Positions 1-12,447 of a stretch of 64,000 nucleotides of DNA are shown here, piece after piece. How positions within the stretch are numbered: position 1 is the first letter of the stretch; each line of letters opens with the position of its first letter. The position numbers and the translations under genes were made by a program. The notes under the pieces were generated by a model, which saw only the letters and a list, made by a program, of their open reading frames with translations, was not told the origin of the DNA and did no database searches. The stretch is from Podarcis vaucheri (Eukaryota): the NCBI GenBank assembly GCA_965113315.1, contig OZ220372.1, one strand, 5' to 3'.

Positions 1-576
1 AATATGTTGCCTTCATAAAATCATAGGAATTTCAATGGTCATCTAGTCAAATCTGCTGCCACAGCATCCCAGAAAGGTCACCATCCAGCTTCTGCATGAA
101 AACCTCAAATGAAAGTTGATCCTTCCAGGGTGGCTTGTTCCATTGCCGAACACCTCATACAATCAGAAAACTCTTTCCAATATTTACTCAAAACCCTCTT
201 TCTTGTAAGTTGAAACTGTTGGTGTAAATTCTACTATCTTGAGCAACAGAAGGCAAGTTTGCTGCATCCCCCATGTGGCAGTCCTTCAAATATTTGAAAA
301 CAGCCTCTTTGTTGCCTCTTTTAAATATATACAACTGCTTCCACCTTCCTTGTAGAACTTGGCCTGTCACCCACCACCACCATCCCCAAAGGACATTTTA
401 TCCTGCTTGCATCTCCAAGTAGGTCTGGGAGGGATCCCTGCGTGAAATCCTGGAGAGCCACTGCCAGGCAGTGTTGTCAGAATTTATCTAGATAGACCAA
501 ATGATCTGACTCAATATAAGTCAGTGTCTTCTGCCCTGTGTTCTTCCTTTTCAAGAGGATGTTTCTGACCACTGTT

Positions 577-912
577 AGGTAAAGGACCCCTGACCATTAG
601 GTCCAGTCGTGACCGACTCTGGGGTTACGGAGCTCATCTCACTTTATTGGCCGAGGGAGCTTCTGAGTCATGTGGCCAGCATGACTAAGCCGCTTCTGGC
701 AAACCAGAGCAGTGCATGGAAATGCCGTTTACCTTCCCGCCGGAGTGGTACCTATTTATCTACTTGCACTTTGGCGTGCTTTCAAACTGCTAGGTTGGCA
801 GGAGCAGGGACTGAGCAATGGGAGCTCACCCCGTCGTGGGGATTCGAACCGCGACGTTCTGATTGGCAAGTCCTGGGCTCTGTGGTTTAATGCACAGCGC
901 CGCCCACGTCCC
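577..912 (-). mobile_element. Sauria SINE, near full length
   Basis: Reverse complement of the tRNA-derived head (GGTTCGAATCC B-box), the core GTGCAAGTAGATAAATAGGTACC, and the CCTTTACCT tail. Confidence 0.85.
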
Positions 913-927
913 GTAATAAAGCAGTAA

Positions 928-1030
928 TTGGCCCAAAGTCACATCCAGTGAGCTTCATGGCTGAGGGGGGATTTGAACCCTGGTCTCTTCCAGGTCTTAG
1001 TCCAACACTCTAACCATTACACCACACTGA
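928..1030 (-). mobile_element. MIR/CORE-like tRNA SINE fragment
   Basis: ggatttgaaccc...ctctaaccattacaccacactg is a reversed tRNA-like head. Confidence 0.6.
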
Positions 1031-1287
1031 CCACTGAATAAAAGGACCATTTGCTCTCAACAGGAACACTCTGCTTCCATCTGCTTCAAATAATCTTTGG
1101 CTAATTAAACAATATATTGCCTTTTAAACTGGGGGGGGGGGGTTGTCACTGTTTTTGTTTGTTATTATGGTAAGTATTTTTGTGTTTTCATTTGTAAACT
1201 GCCCTGTGACTTTCAAATGAAGGGTTGTACAGAAATGTAATAAATCATCATCATCTTTGCTTGACTGAGTAAACTGAAACATACATG

Positions 1288-1502
1288 CAGTGGTACCTCT
1301 GGTTAAGAACTTAATTCGTTCTGGTGGTCCGTTCTTAATCTGAAACTGTTCTTAACCTGAGGTACCAGTTTAGCTAATGGGGCCTCCTCCTGTTGCTGCA
1401 CAATTTCTGTTCTCATCCTGAACCAAAGTTCTTAACTCTAGGTACTATGTCTGGGTTAGCGGAGTCTGTAACCTGAAGCATCTGCAACCCGAGGTACCAC
1501 TG
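1288..1502. mobile_element. Tc1/mariner (Tigger-like) MITE, family A
   Basis: TIRs CAGTGGTACCTC...GAGGTACCACTG with TA on the right flank. Internal sequence is shared with five other copies in the window. Confidence 0.85.
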
Positions 1503-3650
1503 TACTAGAAATGTAAGGATGCTTAGAACTCCTGCCTAAACTTCACTGAAGTCATTTAGATGAATGGGACTTTTTAATATACAAGCATGTTAGAATAGGA
1601 TGAAAAATCAGAGATAAAATATGGATGGCACTCATGTAACTCTGTGGGGCTTAAAAAACTATTTCTTGGATAGTTGTTGATAATTTCAAATGTATTTCTA
1701 TGGACATTCATGTGGAGTTATGAGATGTCTATTGAGTTCCCCAGAATTGGAAACAATGGGCCTCACAACACTTCTGTGGATTACAAATGAGTGCATTATG
1801 AGTACTTGCATGTACCAAACCACAAGGACTAGCTGGCACTATTTGTTCAAAAGTAGCAGAGCCAGGAACAAAAAGAAAAAGGAAAATCTATTTCCAAGCT
1901 TACTGTTCTATATACCAATTAAAACTTTGATGGACAGATCCTACTTAGGGCAAGATTTTACTTAGGTTTGAAAAGGCAGCAACTACTCACGGAAATGATT
2001 CCTATCTCATCACAACTTTTCAGATTTACAAAACATCCGTTTTCCATCTCTCTTGGCAGCCTTTAAATTATCAGACACAGATCTCTACCAGGAGCAAGCT
2101 GTAGACAATTGTCCTCTGGTTCCAGTACTGTAGTGCAAGAAAGGGTGCCTTTGTTTACTTTCCAGATTTTGCCCTTTGTTATTGTGCCAAGACTTACCCT
2201 CCACCCCTACCTCATGGTTCAACAAGAACGTGATAGAACCACAGCAGATTTTGGGGCTAACACTAATTTTTGAGGAAAACAAAGACTGCAGTCCCCAATG
2301 CCATCCCACAAAACTCTCCCAAAAACTTCTGAAAATGTGTCACTTGTTTGTAATTTAATTGGAAAGGAATATATCCAAGTGTAGGCCTCTGAAACTTTCT
2401 GCATATATCTGCCCACCACCATCGCAGCTCACTGTAGAGTTTTCTAAATTAGCTTCTTACACTGCAATTCTATGCATATTTGCTCAGAAGGAAATCCTAC
2501 ATAGCTTTTGCAATCTAAAGCAGCTATCATTTTCTAACATTAACAGAAAACTCATGAACAAATCATTGTTCTCAAACACAGAGACATGCTCATTTATTTT
2601 TGCCTGCACTTGTGAATGATAACCACTGATAATATACTGATAGAGGCAGAGATATATTATTGCAGATTATTGGCCTTATCATGGAATGTGACCACAGTCC
2701 TAAAGAGGCCAAGGCACACAAATGTAAATAAAACCAATTAATACATACGGGTTTGGGGGCGGGGAGAGAACACAGAATTCACTTGGGGGGGGGGGCTATG
2801 CAACATAGTTTTTAAATAAAATAAAATAGAAAACATCCCAATAGAACTTAAATCGGAATTACAGAAACAAGGAGGACACAATGCAGTTCAACAATAGGCA
2901 CTTTAGCTATTCCATCTCAAGTTCAAGGTCACTGTAATTGCCAAAGCAACAGAAAAAATATCATGTTCGCTCCAAGGAAACTTACACTTAAGATGTAAAG
3001 CCACACCAGCAGTTAAAAATAATTACACAATTCTGGAACATGCAATTTTCTCTTTAGAGTATTGGAAAGAACATGTAGAAGCAAGTGTGGCTATTGGGGG
3101 TAGGGGGACGGATAGGAGCACTTGAAATATGAGGGAGGGGAACATGAAGTTCTGCCCTTGTTAGGACAGACTAGGCTATTCAAAACGAACCAACTCTTAT
3201 CCCCAGTAAAAAAATGGTAACAGAAATTTAAATGATGAATTAGGAATCATAGATCCCAAACTCTGCGCTCAGAACAGATTAAAACCCAAAAAAATAAAAA
3301 AGCAAACCCATCATCCAGCCCGCCAAACACAACAAACTTCTCATTACAGTACAAAACTTACACTGAAAAGCGAGCGTAGCCTGCTGAGAAGCGAGAGTGG
3401 ATTCCTGAGAGCGTTCAGGCAAATGTTGGGCAAAGTTTAGGTGGGACACGAACAAAAACATGAGCCGCCCCCTTCAATGGACGAGCGAGTCCCCGCTGTT
3501 TGCAGCCAGCGCGCAGAAACTTATCAGCTTCCAGATAAAGGGCGCTGTAACGTTTGCGTTTAGTTCCCACTCCTAGCCAGGACGTATTCATCCCACCCTG
3601 GAATTTTCTCTGGCATTCTTTCACACGTTCAGTTTGCAGGAGGAAATGAA

Positions 3651-3701
3651 GTAGTAGTAGTAGTAGTAGTAGTGGTAGTAGTAGTAGTAGTAGTAGTAGT
3701 A
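3651..3701. repeat. (TAG)n microsatellite in RASSF9 intron 1
   Basis: Direct reading. Confidence 0.95.
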
Positions 3702-3985
3702 ACGTCGTGCTCCAGTATCCGAGTGCTTACACGCACCTTTTTATAAAGGGGGAGGGGAGGGATAAGAGTGGGGTGGAATTTTCCTATTGAAAAGCCATGG
3801 TTGGAGAAGCCAACTCATAGGCAGGGGGAAAGTGCCAAAAGGGGGAGAAAGAGACACAGACCCGTCTTGAGTTTATATAGGCACCTTCCCCCGGAGAGTT
3901 AATCTTCGGATGACCGTCTTGTAAGCGAAAGCTCGGCTGTGTGTGAATCAAACAGGTACAAGAGAATCTCCAAACAACTCCTTAC

Positions 3986-4032
3986 CTATTTTTGTGCCGG
4001 GTCTTTAAGAGATTCCTTCCAAAAGGAGCCAT
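3986..4032 (-). CDS. RASSF9: RASSF9 coding exon 1; the large exon 2 lies outside the window to the left
   Basis: Minus strand reads ATG GCT CCT TTT GGA AGG AAT CTC TTA AAG ACC CGG CAC AAA AAT AG|gtaag = MAPFGRNLLKTRHKN(R). This matches the vertebrate RASSF9 N-terminus. The 47-nt exon has a canonical donor and is divergent from NTS, as in the known synteny. Confidence 0.93.
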
Positions 4033-4450
4033 GGTAGGTCCCAAAGGCAGGAGGAGAACATCAAACAGGTCCCAGAAGAAAGCTCTGGCTGGCTGGCTGG
4101 CTGGCGCGTTGCTGTCTCGCTGGCGTTCCTGCTGCTGCTGCTACTCCAGCTTGTTAATAGTCACCCAGCGTCGAAGTTGTGCAACCCGTTGCTAACTTTG
4201 AACTCCTGCCTCCTTGTTTGTTGCTGCTGCTCTTCTGGAGCCCTGCCCAGCAGCCGCGATCTTGAAGGAGGCGTTTAGGAACAGGCGGGAGGAGGGGATG
4301 GGTGTCGAGAGAGGAAGGGCGAAACCCGAGGTGGAAGGGGGAATAGGAGCGATGGCGAGGGGGAGCAATGCTGCTAAACTTTCCGAGCTGCTAACTTAAA
4401 AAGAAAGAAAGCAGGATCAGTAAAACCAGAGTGTTTGGGAGCACGGGGCA
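4033..4450 (-). promoter_or_regulatory. RASSF9 5'UTR and proximal promoter (CpG-enriched)
   Basis: GC/CpG-enriched sequence immediately upstream of the RASSF9 ATG. CpG enrichment continues into intron 1 (about 3260-3960). The TSS cannot be placed from sequence. Confidence 0.5.
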
Positions 4451-4544
4451 GAGGGGGTTTAACAAAGCAAAACGGAAAGCCAACTTTTTGTTTTGTTTTG
4501 TTGGGGGTGAGCAAGCAAGGTGGAGAGCATCAGAACACTAAAGG

Positions 4545-4687
4545 ATAGAATAATAGAATTGTAGAGTTGCAAAGGACCCCAATGGTCATCTAGTCCAACC
4601 CCCTGCAAGGCAGGAATCGTTTGCCCAATACGAGACTTGAACCAATGACACTGAGATTAAGAATCTCATGCTCTACTGACTGAACTA
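4545..4687 (-). mobile_element. tRNA-Lys(CTT)-derived SINE with CR1-type tail
   Basis: The reverse complement of 4622-4687 is a decayed tRNA-Lys-CTT (TAGTTCAGTCAGTAGAGCATGAGATTCTTAATCTCAG...). It is joined to a CR1 3' end (GGGTTGGACTAGATGACC...ATTCTA). Confidence 0.7.
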
Positions 4688-4730
4688 CCAGATAGGATTC
4701 CACTGGCTCCATCAATTTAGCATTGCCCTA

Positions 4731-4979
4731 CAGTGGTACCTCTGGTTGCGAACGGGATCCGTTCTGGAGCCCCGTTCGCAACATGAGCAGAACGCAACTC
4801 GCGTCTCTGTGTGCTGGTCGTGATTTGCCGCTTCTGCGCATGCGCGCAATGTCATTTTGCGCGTCTGCGCATGCGCAAGCAGTGGAACCTGGAAGTAACC
4901 CTTTCCGGTACTTCCGGTCGCCGCGGGACGTATCCTGAAAGAACATAACATGAAGCGGACGTAACAAGAGGTATGACTG
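4731..4979. mobile_element. Tigger-like MITE, family B (GC-rich interior)
   Basis: TA|CAGTGGTACCTC...GAGGTATGACTG|TA, with internal CTGCGCATGCGC repeats. Confidence 0.8.
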
Positions 4980-5818
4980 TATTTTGAAAAGAAAAAAATG
5001 AGGATGCTAGGACACTATGATGGCCATTAAAAGCAAATACATGCAATTTGTCTCAAATTTTACCCCTGAAGAAGAGGACACATCTTGGAAAAAGAGGACA
5101 CATGAACATATCTCTGCCTCCCCAGAGAAGATCACCTGCCACCAACTCTGTAAAGACCTTCCAAAGCCTTTAAAATAGTCTAGTCTTCTAAGTTTTTAAT
5201 TCTGTCTTAAATTGTGGTTCTGTTTTATTTTTATTTTTGCTGGAGTTTGTTTGTTCTATATGTGGACTTTTGGGGAGAGGAATTTTTTTTGCTCTTGGTT
5301 TTTTGTATAACTCTTGTAAGCAGACAGAAATAGAAGGGAAGATTTCTCCATGAGAGAGGGGAGAGTGGATTTGTGGAAGTATCTGTACCTTGAACACAGT
5401 GCGGTGGGAAAGATATTTCAAGCAAGTTAGGATGCAATTCTGACTCTCCCCGAGAATAAGGCACATTACATTCAATAGGACCTCCTTCTAGATATGATTA
5501 GTACTGCAGCCTGGGAGTAGCATCAGACATTAATAGAAATAATAGGAGTGGGAATGGGGAAACGTGTATGCTCTTGGAATGGTTACAGCATATATTTTCT
5601 TTCCCTGGGGAAGGTATAAGAGAAGAGTCCTGACTTTGAAAGTTAATTATATACTTGAATACAGGAAACATGGTTCATTCACCCTTCCTGTAGTGCTGGA
5701 TTTATGTATAGGCTAAGAAGGCTGAAGACTAGGGCCTCTAAATCTAGGGGGCTCACCAGCCCTCCCACTCCCCAGCGGGCAGTCTCCCGTCTCCCAAAAT
5801 TGCAAATCCAAGACTTCA

Positions 5819-5936
5819 TACAGGTAGGTAGCCAGCCATGTTGGTCTGCCCTAGTCAAAACAAAATAAAAAAATTCCTTCCAGTAGCACCTTAGAGACCA
5901 GCTAAGTTTGTTATTGTTATGAGCTTTTGTGTGCAT
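5819..5936. mobile_element. Penelope-like element terminal fragment
   Basis: Motif ccttccagtagcaccttagagaccagctaagttt is shared with about 21000-21460, and its first part with 18776-18841. Confidence 0.6.
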
Positions 5937-6088
5937 GGAGTGGCTTGCCGGTTCCTGCTCCAGGTGGATCACGTTTAGGCAAAACTCTCCACTATGACCT
6001 GTCCGTCTTGGGTGGCCCTGCACGACATAGCTCATAGCTTCTCTGAGTTATTCAAGCCCCTTTGCCACGACAAGGCAGTGATCCATGA
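5936..6088 (-). mobile_element. BovB/RTE LINE fragment
   Basis: Reverse complement reads ATGGATCACTGCCTTGTC...GGGCCACCCAAGACGGACAGGTCATAGTGGAGAG...GGCAAGCCACTCC, characteristic of BovB. Confidence 0.7.
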
Positions 6089-8623
6089 TATTACTAAAGT
6101 GCAAAGTTACTTTTAAGGCCCCTTCCAGTGCCTCCTGAGAAACATGAGAGCCTTGTGTTTGTATTTCTTGTACTGCCACAACAACATAGCAATGTAGCAT
6201 CTCTCCATGCCAGCACTTCCCAAGCATCATGGGGGTCAACACTAGTGTGGGAGGCAGGCGCATTGCTGGATCTTCCCACGTAGCCTGGTACTTTCAACAT
6301 GACAGCAGTGGAATGACAAAGAAAGGACACTCCTGCAGCTCCTATGCATGCTATTCAAGTATTTATCAAGTATATATGATTTTTTTTTCATTCCATCAAA
6401 CACTTGTAACCAACTATTCATTTGAAAAGCTCTAAGAACAGCTTACAAATCAACAAAAATTAAGACAATCTAAAAAGACAAATCACAAAAGGAAAATGGA
6501 TGGTGAGGGAAGAGGAAAACAAACTCAAATATCAAATTATTGATGTTTTCAACGACCAATTTGAATGAAAACTAACTGTTCACAGTTAAAAACAAAACAG
6601 GCCTTGTCAACCCCTGAGAAAAATTAAACAAAACATGATGACTGTACCTTACTGGACTGGTAGTGTGGCAACCATTTTTCATTTTTCACAGTGCCCCAGA
6701 TCTAATGTTATTACAGAACATTGCACAGAAGAATGACGGTTGACACAAAAATATTTAGAGAGCATTTGGCAAAATGTCTGCAGGTTGTTTGCTTATTTTT
6801 GGAGGTGGGTAGTGAGAAAAAGATGAATTTTATTTTTTTTTAAAAAAAAAAAACTCCCCCAAGAAATTTCAAGTCAGCTCTAAATGCAATGTAAACATTT
6901 ATGGCATGAAAATATGGACACACAAAACTCCCAAGTCAGCTTTGTGGCACAAATCTAAAGTACCCCTGAACAAGAAAGTCATCTTTCCCTCTGAGGACAG
7001 GTGTCAAAAAAGCAGGCAACCAGCTGTGTATTATGCATCCAGCCTATACAGGATCTCACCGTTATCCCCATCAACTCTAGGGGAGATGACAGCAGATTGA
7101 CAGAAACTGAAATTACCTGTGAGAGGCAGTGTGGAAATGAGATATAGAGGACAAATGAACAGGTGTAAAAACCCATCAAATGAGGGTGTGGTGCATCTTC
7201 TTTAATCATTTTTACACATCACAGACATAAAGAGTTAGAAGGCAGCTTTGATAATTTTGGGTATGTTTTACTATTTTATCTCTTATGCTTTGTTGGTATT
7301 ATTATTCTTTCTGACACTTTAACAGAGTCCTATAGTGCAGGTACTGTGCAAAAAGCTTTAAATGAGAATCCCAATTCTTTTCTCCTGTTACTCTCTCATT
7401 GAAGGAATGGGGAGGGCCATGAGGCACATTCTGCCTTTTTAACATTATGGGCTGCTTTGCTCACTGACAAGTGAAAAAAAATGAAAAATAATAATAACAT
7501 AATTTGCATGAAGATAATAACTTGGAAGTCAATTGTGATGCTCTAACAACAGCCTATATTTTCCTCCTCTCACCTCCCCCATATAGAAGGAAGAGTTTTC
7601 CTTGTCAAATTTTTGTAAATTTGTGAAGCAGCCATGAATGATGGCAAAAAAATGAGAGCCAGCATCATTCCTCATGCTGCTATAGTGGCTATCTCAATCA
7701 GCTTATCTAGTTCAGCATTTCATTTTTTAAAAAAATGTGTCCTTGTTTTTTTAAGGTTTTCTTGGATATAGAGGTGTGATAGCTCCATACTGTCCTTTTC
7801 TAAAGTTTTTGCTGCTGATTTCTTTCACAAATGCATTTGTTTTTAATGGTTGGACTTATCCATGAATGTTTTGAATAGGGGAAGGGCATGCTCTACGCCA
7901 GTCCCTAAACCATGGTCTGGCACCTCATTTTGTAGTTTTTCATCATATGCTGAAGATACGTAAGCAGAGCCTGCAGGATAAGGCCCCCAGCCCATCTATC
8001 ATCATCATCTTCATCGATAATATACCACCCTATACCTGCAAGTCTCAGGGCACTTCACAGAATAAAATAAAAATATAAACCACAAAATACATAATCAAAA
8101 TAAAAACAACAACCCAATACCCCCCCAAACCCCACATTTTAAAAGGTTATCTAGTTGAGCATCCTGGAACTGGCACAATACCAGCAACTGGTATTCAGAA
8201 GCACCTAATTACTTTGACCTTTGACCCCAGAGAGAGATATTTCTAGGAATCACCATATTTTCTTGATAGTTTGTTTGTTTCTATTGAAATTAGTAGGGTA
8301 GCGTTAAGCTGTTGTGACCTGCTCTGGGACCTCATGATGAAGGGTGAGTAAAAAAAAATTAGGAAGGAAGTTAGTATTTTGATGCAGAGAAAGGAAGAAG
8401 TTGAGTGACTAGGGAAATAGGGAGCTGTTGTTTGCATGAAGAGGTTCATTGTGTAATTGTGGCAAATAATGAAATAAAAGAATGATGCCTAGTATTGTAG
8501 CTGCACTGAACAATGTTGAAACTCATTCCATGGATTACCTATTATCAGCTGGTTTGGGAATACCCTACATACTTTCAGTTAATCCCATGGCACTAAACTG
8601 TGACTACAAAAAGAAGAGACAGT

Positions 8624-8675
8624 GGAGAGGAGAGGAGAGGAGAGGAGAGGAAAAGAAAAGAAAAGAAAAGAAAAG
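8624..8675. repeat. (GGAGA)n(AAAAG)n compound microsatellite
   Basis: Direct reading. Confidence 0.9.
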
Positions 8676-9274
8676 AAGCAAATAAATCCCCTAAACTTGG
8701 CAATTGCACAGCTGTCCTTGTTTCATATCTCCATAGAAAGCTTTCTACTGATACCTCAAAACTGGGGTTTAATTCAACCGGAGGGAATTTCCGCACCATT
8801 CAATGGTGACAAATATTTCTCAACCACCTGAAATGCCTGCCAGTCTTTTCTTGGCACAGAAACCTCATTCCGCAGCTGGGAATTTCTCCAATACACATTA
8901 ACTTACTTTCCCCTCCCTTTCCCCTCTTTCTTTGTCTGACTTACAATATTATAGGCAGATTGTTTCAACAGGCAGTTTTACATTATGGTCCTAGGTTTCT
9001 CTTATTACAAAGATAAAAGGTAACATTATGACAGCTACGGCTTATCTGACATTTGTACAATTAGCCAATTACTACTGCAGAACAGAAAGTGGTGTAGTGT
9101 GGTGTCTAAGAAGCTGCACTACAAATGAGGAAATCTGTGATCTCAATCTCGTTCCTGACATAAATACCCAAAGTAGTCTTAACCAAGCTCTCAGGTTGGA
9201 GTAAAACCTGTGTTGGGACCACGGTACAGTCAATCCATTTAACGCATGTCCAGCTCAAGATTTCTAGCTTTTGA

Positions 9275-9470
9275 AAGAGGGCTGTGGCCCAGAATCAGAG
9301 CATATGCTTTGCATGTAGAAGGTCTCAGGTTCAATCCCTGGCATCTCCAGGCAGGGCTGGGAATGTAGCCTGTCCAATACCCTGAATAACTGCTGCCAGT
9401 CAGTGTGGACAATACTGAACTAGATGGACCAATGGGTTTTTTTAAACTTAAGATAAGACAGCTTCCTATG
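9275..9470 (+). mobile_element. tRNA-Ala-derived SINE; related copies at about 410-530, 41700-42030 (minus) and 52375-52560
   Basis: AGAGCATATGCTTTGCATGTAGAAGGTCTCAGGTTCAATCCCTGGCATCTCCA head followed by a shared body. Confidence 0.7.
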
Positions 9471-10382
9471 GGCCCTTCTGGATGTCAATATATTGTGCAT
9501 TCACGATAATTTGCAGTCATGATAGTACTGGGGTGGTTTGATGTGTTCAAGACTATTTGCACCTGCAAAAGTTTCAGAGAGGACATACTGCTTTCATTCC
9601 CAGTCAGTGCATGCCCTGTTCAGCTTCCTGCTGAAATCCTGTAATTTTTAATACCACAAACATTCCAGGAGTTTGGGTCTCGCTTTTGTTGTGCAATAGT
9701 GCAAGAGTGCCCCTCCAGATGACAATGGGGCAGTAACTTTGGGGAAAGGATCACAGAACAAGGAATAAAGTGGAGTGGTGTGTGGACTTTCAGTGTAAAT
9801 CCACCACGAATGTGGGAGACGCCCCAGGCATTAGGCAGGGTGAGGCCACTGCTTCAGGTGGCAGAAGCACACACACACCCCCCGGAGTGGGCACGCCCAC
9901 AGGTGCCCTGCCATCAACACCAGTTGGGGTGTGATTATGTCCATTTGGGAGAGATGTCACTCCAAATGGTTGTGATCTTGCCCAACATTTGTACTGATGG
10001 CGGTGCCGCTTCTGTAATTCAGCAAAAACTGTGAAATTGATACTGAGCACAGAAGTCCACAACTTGAGCAGCTCATATATTGCCCTGTGGATCCACTCAA
10101 GTATTTCAGTTATTCAATGGAACAATTCTAGCTAACTGCCATGAATAATCTCCTTTAGGTTCAAAAGAAGAGAGGAGAGTAAAACCATTTGTATTTGGGT
10201 ATTGCAAAGCAAGAATGCTTATGCCCAGGAGATTTACAAACAAAGGTCGGAATATTCCAGCTCTGAGCCCATCCCACTTGATCAGCAGTGCCAGAGGCTC
10301 AAAGCCATGGCATATTAATGGATATGCCAATCACAAAAGGTTGCCTCTTTTGCTCTTAAACTTCGTGTCCGAGCCACACGTA

Positions 10383-10623
10383 CAGTGGTACCTCAGGTTA
10401 CAAATGCTTCGGGTTACAAACACTTCAGGTTACAAACTCCACTAACCTGGAAGTAGTACCTCAGGTTGAGAATTTTGCCCCAGGATGAGAACAGAAATCA
10501 CATGCTGGTGGTGCGGCGACAGCAGGAGGTCTCATTAGCAAAAGTGCTCCTGAGGTTAAGAACGGTTTTGGGTTAAGAATGGACCTCCAGAACGAATTAA
10601 GTTCATAACCCAAGTTACCACTG
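10383..10623. mobile_element. Tigger-like MITE, family A
   Basis: TA|CAGTGGTACCTC...AGTTACCACTG|TA. Confidence 0.85.
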
Positions 10624-11025
10624 TATAGGGTATTTCCAAGGCTGGGAAGTATACTTAGAAGTCAACTCCAGTGGTCAAAGCCAAAGAAGCAAAAAGAAAA
10701 GAAAGGAAATTTAAACTTCAAAGAGTGAGTCTGGAATATTTAAAATGGCACAAAAATGAGGAGATAGTTCATAGTTTTAGAGTAGTTGCTGCAGCAGCAC
10801 TAAGTTAAGCAGGTGGCAACCCAATGGGAACAATGTGTAAAACAGAGTTGCAAATGTAATAAACCACCACCACCACCACCACAACTATTATTGCTATTGT
10901 TGCATGCCACCTCTATCTTAGCAGTGTGAGATTCCAGGAGTTCCAGGCACTTACCCAGGGTACATCTTTCCTTCAGAATGAGGGACAGTGAAGTCTTTAG
11001 GATATATGGTTTAATTACACATATA

Positions 11026-11283
11026 CCGTATTTTTCGCTCTATAAGACGCACCAGACCATAAGACGCACCTAGTTTTGGAGGAGGAAAACAAGAAAAAAA
11101 ATATTCTGAATCCCAGAAGCCAGAACAGCAAGAGGGATCGCTGCGCAGCGAAAGCAGCGATCCCTCTTGCTGTTCTGGCTTCTGGGATAGCTGCACAGCC
11201 TGCATTCGCTCCATAAGACGCACACACATTTCCCCTTACTTTTTAGGAGGGAAAAAGTGAGTCTTATAGAGCAAAAAATAAGG
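11026..11283. mobile_element. Tc1/mariner-superfamily (pogo/Tc2-like) MITE with internal hairpin
   Basis: TA|CCGTATTTTTCGCTCTATAAGAC...GTCTTATAGAGCAAAAAATAAGG|TA. Confidence 0.8.
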
Positions 11284-12153
11284 TATACAACTTGAGCCTA
11301 TGATGGAGAGGGTTACAGCATTAACACCCCAAGAGGGTCTCCCACAGCCACAGCCTTGGATTCCCATACCTGAGAGGATCTGTAGGGATAGAGGTGTTCT
11401 TTCAAATGTTTGGTACCTTGTTTGCCTTGGATTGGGCCCAGAAGTGAACTGGTAACCAGTCCACATGTTCTAAATGGAACCCAGTTCTGCAGCTGGTGGT
11501 TATGAGAGTTGGAGTTCAAAATATCTGCAGGGCACCACAGAGTCAGAAGAATGTGCTTAGGGCCCTCAAACTGCAAGTTGGTGATGCCTGTTGTAGGTGC
11601 CACCTCCTGACTCAGGGTTCCTATGCTTCTGATAGTTGTCTGACAGGAAGTTTTTTTTTTTACTAAGTATATATTTTGCCATTACAGTGCTCCAGGATGT
11701 CTCTTCCATCTAGCGATTATAGGTACAGAAAACCCTTTAAGGCCAGGTGTTGACAGCCCTGTGAGACTATTATGACGACTGAACTTTCTTTGAAATATAC
11801 ACCTAGTTCTCTCCTCGACCGGATGTTTGTTTTTATTTCTTGTTTGTATAAAATATTTATATACCACTCTTTACCAAAATTGGTTCCAGGACATTCAACA
11901 AAATTAAAATGATGATAAAAGTATCATAATAAGGCAATTAGCAAATAAAAGTGGCGGTTGAGGTTTTAAATGTGTGAAATAAATAAAGAATTACCTAAAT
12001 GAATCTTGAGAAATCTGGTTGATTCCCAACCACCAAACTGCTGACCATACTGGAAGCGTTTCAAATATAACCAATCCATAAACAGCGCCTCTGTGAGGAT
12101 AATTCAACATTCATGGTGGTAAACACTTTGACAAGAGCTATAAAATCTGTAAT

Positions 12154-12230
12154 GAATTGGACTCTTTTCATATAGTTTCAGGGCTAAAGGCAAATTATAA
12201 GAAGTCTGAAATGTTCTGCTTTCATGTGCC
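12154..12230 (+). pseudogene. Decayed L1/Tx1-like reverse transcriptase fragment
   Basis: Translates to ELDSFHIVSGLKANYKKSEMFC, resembling the F..SGLK.N..KS RT motif. Confidence 0.45.
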
Positions 12231-12311
12231 TGCTTTAGAGCAAAGACAAGCCTCGGCTCATTTGGATCCTATGTTTCACCGTGAGGAAATACGTCATTTA
12301 CATAAATACAT

Positions 12312-12447
12312 TTTTTTGTAGCCACAAACATGAAAAACAAACCTGTTTGAAATTCACCAGAAATCATTTAGATTACTTGAGAACTATTTAAATGATTTCT
12401 GGTGAATTTCAAACAGGTTTGTTTTTCATGTTTGTGGCTACAAAAAA
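12312..12447. repeat. Perfect inverted repeat, 59-bp arms with 18-nt spacer
   Basis: 12312-12370 is the exact reverse complement of 12389-12447. Confidence 0.95.

Noticed and set aside
4622-4687. Functional tRNA-Lys gene
   Set aside because: Stems and B box are mutated, the 5' end is degraded, and it is fused to a CR1 tail, so it is a SINE head.
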